A stretch of 64,000 nt of DNA from Cyanobacteria bacterium auto_48_18 (GCA_036170915.1 JAVHQC010000029.1:1-64000); one strand, 5' to 3'. Shown: positions 1 to 10,356, counted from the first letter of the stretch. A program made the numbers and translations. Notes: generated by a model not told the origin, from the sequence alone.

Positions 1-109
<109 letters not shown>

Positions 110-132
110 AAAACACAACGTAAACAAGTCTC

Positions 133-168
133 AGACCGCAACCCCAGAGGTTGCGGTCTTTTAGTTTT
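133..168 (+). terminator. Intrinsic terminator (attenuator) in the aspS 5' leader
   Basis: Perfect 11-bp stem AGACCGCAACC (133-143) / GGTTGCGGTCT (149-159), 5-nt loop, followed by TTTAGTTTT. It ends just before the RBS GGGAG (169-173). Confidence 0.85.
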
Positions 169-181
169 GGGAGAAATTTTT

Positions 182-1509
182 ATGTCCACGACTATCCAGC
201 TGGCCCAGGCCACACTGTTTCTAGAAAAGCCGGTGCGCATTCAAGGCCATTTGCAATCTATGCGCGACCTTGGACAAATCATGTTTCTGGTAGTGCGTGA
301 CGGTACTGCGGCCATACAGGTGGTGGTAGAAAGTGCTGATTTGCAAACGCAATTGCGAACTCTGGCCAGCGAAACGCCTTGCATATTTACGGGCACGCTA
401 AAATCGCCTCCGCAAAAGAACGGAATACAACAAAAAGGCGCCGAACTGTTGCTCACAGAGGTGACGCCTTAAGTGCGGTCACCCACGCACCACCGGTGGA
501 AATTGGCAAAGACAGTAAAATCGACAATTTAGGCGTTTCAACTTTGCTCGACTATCGCCCGCTGACCTTGCGCAACGAAAAAGTGCGAGCGATTTTCAAA
601 ATTGAAGCTGAAATTCTCAAAGCCTATCGTCAATACTTGAACAGCCAGAATTTTGTCGAAATTCATTCACCCAAGATTGTCGCCACCGGCACCGAGGGTG
701 GCGCGCAGCTTTTTAAAATCGACTATTTCGGCAGAACCGCATATCTAGCGCAAAGCCCGCAGTTCTACAAACAAATTATGGTTGGTGCTTTTGAGCGTGT
801 CTATGAAGTAGGCCCTGTTTACCGCGCTGAAGAGCATGACACCACAAGACATCTAAATGAATACATCAGCCTCGACTTTGAAATGGGCTTTATTGAAAGC
901 GAACAAGATGTAATGGCCATGCAGGTTGGCTTATTGAGAGCAATTATGGAACATTTGCAAGAACATTGCCCGCGCGAGCTGGCCATGTACGAAGCAAAAT
1001 TGCCCACAATTGGTGCCACCATTCCCCAAATTCGCTTAAGCGAAGCACAACAACTTTTGTCGAGCCAGTACGGCTGGGTGAGTGAATCTGCCGACCTTGA
1101 CGGCGAAGGAGAAAGGCTGCTCTGCAATCATTTTGAAAAAACAGAAGGTAGCGATCTTGTCTACGTCACCGACTATCCGCATGCCATCAGGCCATTTTAT
1201 GCCATGCCAGGTGCACCACATGAAAACGGCAAAGCCGGATCTAAAAGTTTCGACTTGCTCTTCCGTGGCCTCGAGATCACTACTGGTGGACAGCGCATTC
1301 ACCAGTATGAAGCGCTAAAAGAATCAATCGCCAGTCGCGGTCTAGACCCTGAAGAATTCGGCGATTATCTGCTCTGTTTCAAACACGGCATGCCGCCTCA
1401 CGGTGGGCTAGCCATCGGTTTGGAACGCCTGGCAAAACAGCTGCTCGGCCTACCGTCGGTTAAGCAAACTGCACTATTTCCGCGGGACATCAACCGCATT
1501 TCACCCTAG
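182..1509 (+). CDS. aspS: Archaeal/eukaryote-type aspartyl-tRNA synthetase (aspartate--tRNA(Asp/Asn) ligase), split by a -1 frameshift near 468-470
   Basis: ORF 182-472 has the OB-fold anticodon domain (RDLGQIMFLVVRDG). ORF to 1509 has TEGGA..F, AYLAQSPQFYKQ, motif 2 YRAEE..TTRHLNEY and motif 3 GMPPHGGLAIGLER. The two join as EVTP/LSAV with one base missing. Confidence 0.9.
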
Positions 1510-1523
1510 TGCAATTGCGTAAA

Positions 1524-2819
1524 CTACTGGTTGCTTTGATTCTGGCTGGCGGCAATCTGCTTATTAGCAGTAACGGCAGCCAGAATTGAAGCAGGTTGCG
1601 TCACCCTTGCCGCAGGTGCCGAACTAAGCTTGGCAGCGATTTGATCAATTAGCACCTTGCCTCCAGAACCATTCATGTGCACCGGGTCTTTAAAATTGGT
1701 GGCGCTGAACAGTTTCTGAGGTGTTTTTTGATCATTGAGGTCGAGTAATGAGCAGCCATATTTCTGTGCATCCTCACTGAGAACGTGCAAATATTTCTCG
1801 TAAGAACCTTGAGGCATGAGCTTCATGTTCGCTTCTGTAAGCGGCATATTGACCAGCAAAACCTCTACCCCTTGCGCCTGCAATTGACTCAAAGTTTTGG
1901 TCATATATTCTTGTTGAATTTTAAAGAGCGCGTCATTTTTGCTCTTAAATCGCTTTTTGTATTCGCGACTGTTGTCTTGCCATGGATAGAAAGCACCAGG
2001 TTGCAAGGCCACCATGCCCTTCAGCACTTCGCCACCAGCTAAAGCGGCATCAGGATTGGCACTAGCTGTGGTGCTAGTATCATCACTCAACACTTTGGTG
2101 GGAATGCCAGCCAGCATAAGCGCCGCTTTAGTCTCTAAAGCTTCTCGCGTGAGCACCTGCATCTGCAATCTCTTACCGTACAAGTAAATGTATTTGTCAA
2201 CCAGATATTCACCACGATTGAATAAACTAGGCATAGAGAGCGGCAACATAGACTCTATTTCTTTATCACTTTTGTAGCGCGAGAAATAATGATAGGCAGG
2301 TGTAGCAGCCGCGCATTCTACCCCGGAATCAATAAAGTCTCGTAAAGACAAACCAAAGACAACCAGCTTAGGTTTGCGTTTTTGCGAAAATAGCGAGCTG
2401 ACTACCATATAGTGATCAGAAATCATGCCGCCAGGCAAGGCGAAATTAAAACACTGAAGCTGTTTGCCACTCTTCTCGGCAATTTTAGCCTGCAAATATT
2501 TGGAATAAGGATGCACCACCGGGTCAATGGTGACCTTAAGAAAATCAGCGTCGCAGCAGGCGGTAGGGATCATCATCAATGAAGATCCAAATAGCACCAC
2601 ATCTGGTGCCTCGGCAGCATTCTGGAAATCACGAGTGCGGTGGCTTTCCCAACTAGGCCTGGCAGGCATACGCGCGGCATCAATTGGCGCCAGGGGCTGA
2701 GCCGCCACGAGAGCACCGTTGACCAGAGCGAAAAAGAGCAGCGCCAAGACGAAAGCACTAACTTTCGTTGATGTTTTTTTTACTGGTTCGCTTACGGACA
2801 CTGTTGAAACTGAAGCCAC
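1524..2819 (-). CDS. Membrane-anchored SGNH-hydrolase-like protein (DUF1574/AlgJ/DltD-like), paralog 1
   Basis: N-terminal TM helix, PDVVLFGSSLM, LVNMPL and FKDPVHMNGSGG (DxxH). Clearly similar to 6087-7304 and 11615-12757. Confidence 0.75.
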   Translation of the reverse strand: MASVSTVSVSEPVKKTSTKVSAFVLALLFFALVNGALVAAQPLAPIDAARMPARPSWESHRTRDFQNAAEAPDVVLFGSSLMMIPTACCDADFLKVTIDPVVHPYSKYLQAKIAEKSGKQLQCFNFALPGGMISDHYMVVSSLFSQKRKPKLVVFGLSLRDFIDSGVECAAATPAYHYFSRYKSDKEIESMLPLSMPSLFNRGEYLVDKYIYLYGKRLQMQVLTREALETKAALMLAGIPTKVLSDDTSTTASANPDAALAGGEVLKGMVALQPGAFYPWQDNSREYKKRFKSKNDALFKIQQEYMTKTLSQLQAQGVEVLLVNMPLTEANMKLMPQGSYEKYLHVLSEDAQKYGCSLLDLNDQKTPQKLFSATNFKDPVHMNGSGGKVLIDQIAAKLSSAPAARVTQPASILAAVTANKQIAASQNQSNQ

Positions 2820-2902
2820 CGGATCCTCTACAGCAATTGCCAGTGGAAGGTTACCAGCTATTTACAACTTTATTCTGAGAGGGCTTTTATTGTAGTGACA
2901 GG

Positions 2903-3805
2903 CTAATTAACAGGCAGGCAGGCCTGCACCGCATCAGCAAACTTCTCTGCCGCACCCGGCTCAACCTGGAGGAATAGCGAAGGCTCAATCAGCTCAAGCT
3001 CAAGCAACAACAGCTGACCGTATCTATCGGGCACCATATCAACACGAGCATATAAAGGAGTTTCGGGTACGGCGGCCAGCACGTGGTGGCCAAATTCTAT
3101 TTCACTCTCAGTGGCTTCTACTCTGGCTTCTCCCGCCTCGCCAGCCACAGCTAAATGTTGAAAAGCACTTTTTCTTATGGCATGGCTGAACTTTCCGTCT
3201 ATAAAAACAAGAGCGCGCTCGCCGTAACCTTCCACCTCATCTAAAAAAGGCTGCACCATAACACAGTAATTTTTGCCTAACTGGTTGATATGTTCTCGGG
3301 CCGCTTGCTGTCCACCGCTCTCAGCAAGGTCGAATTTTTTCACCCCGAATGTGGACAGACCAACGGAAGGCTTGACGACAATACGTGGTGAAATTGGCTC
3401 ACCAGGCCCGTACAGCGCTGCAAGTATTTGATCGAAAGATTTCACCGGTTCGCTGTTTTTTTCAATATAGAAGGTAGGAACAGTTCTTAAACCGTTCTCA
3501 GAAAGCTGACGCAAATAGCGCTTGTCGTGATTCCAATTAACGAGCTCTGGTGAGTTTTTCAAAATCGTATGGGCAGCAACGTTCTTCGCCCACTGGACAA
3601 ATTCTTCTTGATGCAAATGGTAGTTCCAGGTAGATCTCAAGATAACAAGCCGGCTTTGAGCAAAGGGAAAACTTTGATCACGCCAGTCTGCAAAAGTGCA
3701 ATTGAAACCACGCGCAGACAAAATATCGAGCGCCGATCCGTCGTCGGGATCTCCCTGCTTGAGATCATCATAAGTAACGAAAACAATATCGGGAGCGGGT
3801 TTCAA
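2903..3805 (-). CDS. ATP-grasp fold protein (glutathione synthetase/RimK-like)
   Basis: LRSTWNY, WNHDKRYL, VVKPSVG, VMVQPF, YARVD and LLELELIEPSL motifs. GGAGG RBS upstream. Confidence 0.8.
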   Translation of the reverse strand: MKPAPDIVFVTYDDLKQGDPDDGSALDILSARGFNCTFADWRDQSFPFAQSRLVILRSTWNYHLHQEEFVQWAKNVAAHTILKNSPELVNWNHDKRYLRQLSENGLRTVPTFYIEKNSEPVKSFDQILAALYGPGEPISPRIVVKPSVGLSTFGVKKFDLAESGGQQAAREHINQLGKNYCVMVQPFLDEVEGYGERALVFIDGKFSHAIRKSAFQHLAVAGEAGEARVEATESEIEFGHHVLAAVPETPLYARVDMVPDRYGQLLLLELELIEPSLFLQVEPGAAEKFADAVQACLPVN

Positions 3806-3932
3806 GATGATCCTCCAGGATATGGAAAAAGCATTAAGCGGATATTATTCGAAAAACAGCACTATTAACTTTGTAATTTAGCGTTACACGCTTATACTTC
3901 ATGAACGAGGAGTCTTCATATTTCCCTAATAA

Positions 3933-4139
3933 ATGAGCAGCACCCAAGTGGTGCGGCGGGTTGATTTTGCTCACCAAAGAGTAAACCAACTTTTACCGGA
4001 ATCCCCCTTAGACGAATCCCACGGTAACAGTAAACACAAAAGAAAAGGTCTTCGTCGTATGCGAAGCCTGACTCACCTTGGGCAAACGCTCTGGGCGGCA
4101 CCACTTTGCAGTCACAATAATTTTGGAGGGCGGTCCTAA
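3933..4139 (+). CDS. Possible small hypothetical protein (68 aa), stop overlapping the next start (TAATG)
   Basis: Only the TAATG coupling supports it; no recognisable motif. May instead be a 5' leader. Confidence 0.3.
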   Translation: MSSTQVVRRVDFAHQRVNQLLPESPLDESHGNSKHKRKGLRRMRSLTHLGQTLWAAPLCSHNNFGGRS

Positions 4140-4408
4140 TGCGAATTGAACTGTTGTACTCACCCGGTTGCAGCAACTACAAAAAAGCGCTCAATAACCT
4201 GGAGTACATCATTGCCGAGGAAAGGTTACCGCTCCCTGTGCACCTGGTAGAGAACTCTGCAAACGTTGAAGGAGAGCCGACTGTTCAAATCAATGGTGTC
4301 TTGATCAGCAGATCTCAACCTAAGAATCCCCAGTGTTTAGAGCATGTGCGTGAGGCGATCAGCCATAAGTGGCATGAGGTCAATTTGAGTCCACTACTCT
4401 CGGCCTAG
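4139..4408 (+). CDS. Small thioredoxin-fold-like protein (DF/DUF2703-like)
   Basis: MRIELLYSPGCSNY N-terminus and PTVQING motif. GGAGG RBS upstream and a terminator downstream. Confidence 0.7.
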   Translation: MRIELLYSPGCSNYKKALNNLEYIIAEERLPLPVHLVENSANVEGEPTVQINGVLISRSQPKNPQCLEHVREAISHKWHEVNLSPLLSA

Positions 4409-4438
4409 AAAAAGAACGCCAATAGCGCTAAAACAGAG

Positions 4439-4463
4439 AGACCTGCCAAAAGCAGGTCTTTTT
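4439..4463 (+). terminator. Intrinsic terminator
   Basis: Stem AGACCTGC / GCAGGTCT with a 5-nt loop, then a T-run. Confidence 0.8.
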
Positions 4464-4611
4464 GCGTGTAACAGTGCCGCTGCGACTAAAGCCTAGCGAA
4501 AAGCAAACTGTCACATGTGGCAGGCTTAAGGTGAAGCCTCTTGAGCCCCGCTATCATTGCCATGGGCGCAATTAGTAGGCATTCAGTTGTAATCGAGCGT
4601 TTCGGCTTCCC

Positions 4612-6087
4612 ATGCTGTTCAATTCTTTCAAATACGCTCTCTTTTTACCAATAGTATTTGCACTATTCTGGCTTTGCCCGCAAAAGTGGCGAGTCTGGAT
4701 TTTGCTCATCGCAAGCTATGTCTTTTACATGAGCTGGCGCCCCATATTCATTGTGCTGATTATTGGCCTCACCCTGGTAAATTATTTCCTCGGTTTTGCC
4801 ATTCACAAATCAGAAAAACGCAAAAGACATTGGCTGACACTAGCCATAGTGCTCAATCTCGGCACACTCGCTTATTTTAAATATGCCTATTTTCTCACCG
4901 AAACAGTTAGTCAATGTTTGAAACCGGTAGGTTTGCCACCACTATCTCTTCCATTTGAAATTATTTTGCCTCTGGGCATTTCTTTTTTCGTATTCGAATT
5001 TATTCATTATGTGGTTGATGTTTATCGAGGCAGTGATCCAATCAAATCACTTTCTGCTTTTGCACTTTTCGCCTCATTTTTTCCCACACAAATCGCCGGA
5101 CCGATTAAACGTTTTCAAGACTTCATTCCGCAATTTCTTGCCCCAGCACAACTTTCAGTGGCAAAATTCGACGGTGCCATCTCCCTGATTTTGTTGGGTC
5201 TTTTTAAGAAAGTATTGATCGCTGACAATCTCAGCTTCTTTGTTCAGGGTGGATTTTCCCAACCTCAGCTATTTTCCGGCCTCGACTTGTGGATTTTTGC
5301 CTACGCTTTTGCTTTTCAAATCTATTTTGATTTCTCCGGCTATACCGATATTGCCCGGGGGTCAGCAAACCTATTCGGCTACAAAGTACCGATTAACTTC
5401 AATTTGCCATACCTCGCTTGCAACATTTCAGACTTCTGGCGCCGCTGGCATATTTCGCTTTCCACCTGGCTGCGAGACTATTTATTTATTCCGCTGGGTG
5501 GCTCAAGATTGAGCAAATGGCTCAACTATCGCAACTTAATTATCACCATGACTCTCGGCGGTTTATGGCACGGGGCCGCCATGCACTATTTGATCTGGGG
5601 GCTTTATCAAGGCGTGCTTCTGGTGGCACACAAAGAATTTCAAAATTTCAAGGAAGGTGTCGGCTGGCTGAAAAAAGCGATCGACTCCAAGGCCGGAAAA
5701 GTTGCTTCAGTGATTTTGACTTTCCACGTAGTCTGCATCGGTTGGGTCTTTTTCCGCGCTGAGACAAACGCGCTGGCCTTGACCATGATTAGCAAAATGC
5801 TCAGCTTTGCTCCCGCTGCCGAGTTGGCCCTGGGCCAGAGCCCTGGCCCAATCAAGACACTGGCCATGGTGCTGCCTACTATTAATTTCCCCTTGATCTA
5901 TCCAGCGGTTTTCTTATTGTTACCGCTTCTGGCTGTGGCACACGTGATCATGGGCTGGCTCAATACGACCAATATAGTTGAACGCACACCCAAAATCGCA
6001 AAAGTGATCTGGTGCTGTGCCATGATGATGCTGGTCATTATTTTCTCGCCCGATAAGTCTCCCCGCTTCATCTATTTTCAATTCTGA
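4612..6087 (+). CDS. MBOAT family O-acyltransferase (AlgI/DltB-like)
   Basis: MLFNSF start, LPLGISFF, QIYFDFSGYTDIA, FWRRWHISLSTWLRDY, GLWHGA catalytic His and a C-terminal FIYFQF. Confidence 0.95.
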   Translation: MLFNSFKYALFLPIVFALFWLCPQKWRVWILLIASYVFYMSWRPIFIVLIIGLTLVNYFLGFAIHKSEKRKRHWLTLAIVLNLGTLAYFKYAYFLTETVSQCLKPVGLPPLSLPFEIILPLGISFFVFEFIHYVVDVYRGSDPIKSLSAFALFASFFPTQIAGPIKRFQDFIPQFLAPAQLSVAKFDGAISLILLGLFKKVLIADNLSFFVQGGFSQPQLFSGLDLWIFAYAFAFQIYFDFSGYTDIARGSANLFGYKVPINFNLPYLACNISDFWRRWHISLSTWLRDYLFIPLGGSRLSKWLNYRNLIITMTLGGLWHGAAMHYLIWGLYQGVLLVAHKEFQNFKEGVGWLKKAIDSKAGKVASVILTFHVVCIGWVFFRAETNALALTMISKMLSFAPAAELALGQSPGPIKTLAMVLPTINFPLIYPAVFLLLPLLAVAHVIMGWLNTTNIVERTPKIAKVIWCCAMMMLVIIFSPDKSPRFIYFQF

Positions 6088-7304
6088 TGCCTGCAGATAA
6101 AACTCCCAACAGAATAAAGTTGCTGCTGAGCAGTTACGCCATATGCGCCGCTTTAATGTTGCTGGTGTTAGATATAGCTGGTGGCGCATTGGTTCAATAT
6201 GCGCCGCAAATTTTGTCATTCAGCCCATATAAGGCCGCCAATCGCAGCTGGGTGTGGTGGAATGTTCGAGACTTTAAGCAACTAAAGAGCGCACCAGATA
6301 TAGTGCTTCTCGGTTCATCACTGATGATGGCGCCTCTTCACGGCGGTGACGCTGCTCACTTGAATTTGCCGCAGAATGTAGCCTTTCACCATCACAGTCA
6401 ATTGCTGGAAGATCTTTTAAAAGAAAAATTTGGCCATACATATAAGACCTTCGCTTTCGCCCTTGGTGGTGAAATGGTGTCAGACGCTTATGTTATTGCC
6501 CACACATTGCTAAAGGACGACCGCAAGCCAAAAGTAATAATTTATGGCATCGCTCCTCGAGATTTTATGGATAACGCACTGCCATCTGCATCAAGCACTG
6601 AAATTTTCAAATATATGGACCGCTTTAGTGATCTAGGCGCAATCGATAAAGAATCGGCCAGCTCACCGTTGGAACAAAGCGAAAAAGGTCTGAGCAAAGT
6701 GAGTTTCACGTACAAACATCGGCCTGATTTTCTCTATGTGCAACACCGCTGGGCCAAAGAGTTATTTCGCAAGTTGCTAGGCTATGAGGAACTGGAGCAA
6801 GTCAGATCTCCTCTGCACATAAGGAAACAGGCGTTTTTGGAATTACCTGAAGACTTTGGACCCACCTCACTTTTTGTCACACCACCCCCGGTAATAGCCG
6901 AACCGTACAAAGCAAATTTGGAAGAATACAAATTTAGATATCGCAAATTGAATCTAAAACAATTCAAAAGCCAATTGGGATTTTTAGAACGTTTGCTGGA
7001 GACGGCTGAGAAAGACGGCACGCGAGTGGTGATTGTTAATATGCCTTTGACTGTGGATAACGTGGCATTAATGCCGGCGGGATTTTATCAAAGCTATTTA
7101 GAGCAGGTCGGGGCAGTAGTGAAAAAACATCAGGCTTTGTTCCTGGACCTCAATGACCCGTCTTTGTTTCCTCAAAAATATTTCACAGATTCTGTGCACT
7201 TGAATGGTCGAGGTGGGCAACACTTCTTTGAGGTATTGGCTGCGCGGCTTAAGCAAGATGCACAGACAGCCGCTATCATTGAAGAAGCAGGCAGCGCAAA
7301 ATAA
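6087..7304 (+). CDS. SGNH-hydrolase-like protein (DUF1574/AlgJ/DltD-like), paralog 2, translationally coupled to the MBOAT
   Basis: TGATG overlap with the MBOAT stop. TM anchor, PDIVLLGSSLM, IVNMPL and FTDSVHLNGRGG. Confidence 0.8.
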   Translation: MPADKTPNRIKLLLSSYAICAALMLLVLDIAGGALVQYAPQILSFSPYKAANRSWVWWNVRDFKQLKSAPDIVLLGSSLMMAPLHGGDAAHLNLPQNVAFHHHSQLLEDLLKEKFGHTYKTFAFALGGEMVSDAYVIAHTLLKDDRKPKVIIYGIAPRDFMDNALPSASSTEIFKYMDRFSDLGAIDKESASSPLEQSEKGLSKVSFTYKHRPDFLYVQHRWAKELFRKLLGYEELEQVRSPLHIRKQAFLELPEDFGPTSLFVTPPPVIAEPYKANLEEYKFRYRKLNLKQFKSQLGFLERLLETAEKDGTRVVIVNMPLTVDNVALMPAGFYQSYLEQVGAVVKKHQALFLDLNDPSLFPQKYFTDSVHLNGRGGQHFFEVLAARLKQDAQTAAIIEEAGSAK

Positions 7305-7319
7305 TTTGAGGGGCTGGTT

Positions 7320-7643
7320 ATGACCGAAGAATTGCCAACTGAGCCTGACGGCCACAAATCAATTGAAGAACAAAAAACTCGCTTGTGGGCTCTGTCATTT
7401 GAGTCAACCAAACAATTGTTGCGATGCGAGAACTGCGGCGCCACCAATGTCATTCCACGATTGGTGGCAGATCCAAGTGCTGTGCCTATGCGTCGCGCCA
7501 GCGACAGAGTGGCATTTGCAAAAGTAGAAGAGCAGAAAAAAGTTTTGAGTCAAGAACGCAAAGCTGTCTATGCTCTGTCAGCGGTGTCAGCGGCTTTGTC
7601 GGTGGCCGTGATCGCTTTATTGTTTGGACGCAAAAATAGCTGA
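7320..7643 (+). CDS. Small hypothetical protein with a CxxC motif and a C-terminal TM helix
   Basis: GAGGG RBS, CENCG and a hydrophobic C-terminus. 3' end overlaps the convergent TPR gene by 76 bp. Confidence 0.55.
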   Translation: MTEELPTEPDGHKSIEEQKTRLWALSFESTKQLLRCENCGATNVIPRLVADPSAVPMRRASDRVAFAKVEEQKKVLSQERKAVYALSAVSAALSVAVIALLFGRKNS

Positions 7644-9364
7644 CTGGTCAAAGGTCTGGTAACGTCGAGTGGCGCCTTAGGCAGTTTAACTTTAGCCCGA
7701 AGCAATATGTCCATCGATACGGGAGCTGGGAAAACGGTCAAAACAGCTTGAGGATTTGCTGCAATCTCAGCAACCTTGAGGAAATTACTGACTTTGAAAC
7801 CACTTTTGTTCTGCGCTTCTACCCGAGCAGCACCGGCAAACAGAGTTTCATCACCCTGCACAATTGTGCACCAGCAGAAAAATATGGGCTGACCATCAGG
7901 ACCAAGGGTAGGGAAATCTCGCAGAAGTTCATAATTTGTAGTGACCGATTTACCTGTTTGCTCGACAAAGTAATTGTTTAAATCTCGCTTGAGATATTGG
8001 GTGAAGCTATCGCCAACCGGCAGATTTTCTGCGATTTTTGCCTGACGCACGCGAGCAATCATGCCCTTCCAATCTACTTTTGGCTCTGGTTTTTGATCTG
8101 GTTTTTGTTCTGGTTTTTGATCTGGGAAAATTTTGATTGGTTCATCAACAAAATACCGGAAACCATCTTTTGTAGCCATTGGCGCCTTTCGTGCTTGGGC
8201 CCTCGCTTGTAACTCCACATAATCTTTATTCTCAGGGTTCAAAGCAATTGCTTTAGCGAATTGTTCTGCCGCTTTATTTAGTTCGTTCATGGCCAGATAG
8301 GTCTGGCCCAGCTCACCGTACACAGTGTCATCTTGAGGGGCAACCTTTAAGGCGGCGTTCAGGTCGGAAAGCGATTTGTCAAAGTCGCGCGTAATGCGAA
8401 ATAAAACAGCCCTATTCTTTAATGCCGAGACGTTGCGTTCATCTAATGCAATAGCGCTGCTAAGATTTTTGATTGCATCTTCTTGAGCCCCTGATTTTGA
8501 AAGCGCAATACCTTTGTAGACATAGGCCAGCTGATCATTTGGGTGCAGCCTCATAGCTACTACTAGGTCATTAAGCGCCTTGGCATATTCAAGCAGTCGT
8601 ATGTATGCAAACGCACGGTCTCTGTAGTAGTCAGCCTCCTGATTAGGATAAAGCTTGATTGCCGCTGTGAGGTCAGAAACGGCTTCTTCAAAGCGGTCGG
8701 TAGCTAAATAAGCCCGACTGCGGCAATAGAAGGCCGGCGAGTAACCCGCGTAAATCTTGATCGATTTCGTACACTCTTCAATAGCCTTTGCGTATAGCTT
8801 TTGGTTTGTGTAAATCCAACCGCGATTGCTGTAAAAAGCCGAGTTGTTCGGGTCGAGTTTAATTGCTCGCTCTAAATCTTCCAGAGCTTTCTCAGGCTGA
8901 CGCAAGCTGGCATAAGCGAGCGCTCGCTCGCCGTAAGCAACTGGAATATCTGCATTGAGCTCAATAGCCTTATTGCAATATTCAAGACCTTTTCGATATC
9001 GATCTAAATTGCGATTGGCAAAGGCAAGGTCTATGTAGGCGCCAGCATCTTTGGGATCTTTTTCTAAAGTGGCAATACTCTTCTTGATGATATTGAGGAA
9101 ATCACGTTCACTGGTGGGAATCTTGCTTTGCTTTTCTATTTGCTCAGTTTCGGCAGTAGCAGGGAGATCTTTGGGCGCCGGCACCACGAGCCCCTCCATT
9201 TCAGGCAAAGTGATATTTGGGGCGACAGCAGGTTTTGCTGCGAACACTGGCGTCTGAAGAGAAATTAGCAGTGTCGAAGCGAGGACTGAAGCGATAGCAA
9301 AACGCAATGTGGATCTCCGGTGATTTACTTGGTGGGGGGCATCTTCTAAGGCAAAAGTCGTCAT
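7568..9364 (-). CDS. Secreted tetratricopeptide-repeat protein with an uncharacterised C-terminal domain
   Basis: Signal-peptide-like N-terminus (VFA-AK) and about 8-9 TPR motifs (e.g. AFYSNRGWIY..A...C.KSI). PDQK/PEQK linker encoded by a 12-bp tandem repeat at about 8085-8125. Confidence 0.85.
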   Translation of the reverse strand: MTTFALEDAPHQVNHRRSTLRFAIASVLASTLLISLQTPVFAAKPAVAPNITLPEMEGLVVPAPKDLPATAETEQIEKQSKIPTSERDFLNIIKKSIATLEKDPKDAGAYIDLAFANRNLDRYRKGLEYCNKAIELNADIPVAYGERALAYASLRQPEKALEDLERAIKLDPNNSAFYSNRGWIYTNQKLYAKAIEECTKSIKIYAGYSPAFYCRSRAYLATDRFEEAVSDLTAAIKLYPNQEADYYRDRAFAYIRLLEYAKALNDLVVAMRLHPNDQLAYVYKGIALSKSGAQEDAIKNLSSAIALDERNVSALKNRAVLFRITRDFDKSLSDLNAALKVAPQDDTVYGELGQTYLAMNELNKAAEQFAKAIALNPENKDYVELQARAQARKAPMATKDGFRYFVDEPIKIFPDQKPEQKPDQKPEPKVDWKGMIARVRQAKIAENLPVGDSFTQYLKRDLNNYFVEQTGKSVTTNYELLRDFPTLGPDGQPIFFCWCTIVQGDETLFAGAARVEAQNKSGFKVSNFLKVAEIAANPQAVLTVFPAPVSMDILLRAKVKLPKAPLDVTRPLTSQLFLRPNNKAITATDKAADTADRA

Positions 9365-9378
9365 TTATTAACTGTGAG

Positions 9379-9448
9379 CGGGATAACTTTTGAAAACTAT
9401 AGCGTATACGTTTTGAGTGACTACAGTTAAAACGTTAACGCTTTCGTT
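9379..9448. repeat. Two degenerate copies of the intergenic palindromic repeat family
   Basis: TTTTGAAAACTATAGCGTATACGTTTT and AGTTAAAACGTTAACGCTTTCGTT resemble the consensus AACTGAARCGTGCACGTTTCAGTT (second copy 17/24 by hand alignment). The central hexamer stays palindromic. Confidence 0.5.
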
Positions 9449-9471
9449 GCAGAGATTGCGACAAGCACCCC

Positions 9472-10356
9472 TTAATCCTTAGAACCTTGTCGTCTTAATT
9501 CCAGCATTCTTGAGTAATCAAATTGAGTGACGGCATCGCCGCCAGCCAAATTTAAAAGTTCTGTCCGTGCATTCATACGAGCCGAAATGTCTTTTGTAGT
9601 AACGTATGCCTGCACTACTTGTGCCAGATGATCATCTACGACAACCCAGCGAATTTGCCGCCATACTCGGAAGCTAATTGTATCCAAAGGGCGTCTAGGT
9701 GAAAGCAGCAGTGCTGCATCGGGACAGCGCTCCAGAATCGAATCGCAAAGCTCGGAGTAACCTGCTAAATTCAATAAATCGACTTTCTTTTCAGCTTTAG
9801 CAATGTCGATTAACTTGATTTGGTCAAAGCTTTTGACTACTTCTTCATCAACGCGAGCTAGCGCGCTAGCACCAACATGACCAATCAAAACTTGTTTGGC
9901 CTTTTCTCGATCATTGATGTTACACGTGTGCATATAAGTTCTTAAATTCTCAAGTAGAATCTCAGCACCATGTCGCATCATCATGTAGACACAGACACGT
10001 TCGGCTAAACTAACGTGAGCTTTGATTTGTGGAGGAAACGACAATTGCACTGCGCTGCCGTTCGTCGCACCATCTGATGCAATGTGAGTCATCCAGTCGC
10101 TAAGAACCGCATCGTCAGCCCTTGAAAGCTGAAGTTTTTGCCTGATAAACTCGACATCAGGGCTGCGGTCCAAATACGCAGGCAAAATCTGACTAAAGCA
10201 GGCACGAAAAAGCTCACCGTTACTATCTCCTGCCATGACAGGGCCAACGGACATAGCGGCCGCGAAAGCTATGGCAATTACAAATCGAAAATCGGACTGC
10301 CGGGGACGATACAAAAAAAACCTTTTCTTGCTTCTTTTCAAATTACTTACCAGCAT
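9472..10356 (-). CDS. Hypothetical exported alpha-helical protein, paralog of 10343-11353 (start uncertain)
   Basis: Long ORF with a signal-like hydrophobic stretch (VMA-GD). Shares segments with the adjacent gene. Confidence 0.65.
   Translation of the reverse strand: MLVSNLKRSKKRFFLYRPRQSDFRFVIAIAFAAAMSVGPVMAGDSNGELFRACFSQILPAYLDRSPDVEFIRQKLQLSRADDAVLSDWMTHIASDGATNGSAVQLSFPPQIKAHVSLAERVCVYMMMRHGAEILLENLRTYMHTCNINDREKAKQVLIGHVGASALARVDEEVVKSFDQIKLIDIAKAEKKVDLLNLAGYSELCDSILERCPDAALLLSPRRPLDTISFRVWRQIRWVVVDDHLAQVVQAYVTTKDISARMNARTELLNLAGGDAVTQFDYSRMLELRRQGSKD

Noticed and set aside
410..440. A-rich stretch CAAAAAGG as a programmed -1 slippery site
   Set aside because: Not an in-frame X-XXY-YYZ heptamer, and the first ORF stays synthetase-like (GAELLLTEV) past it to about 469.
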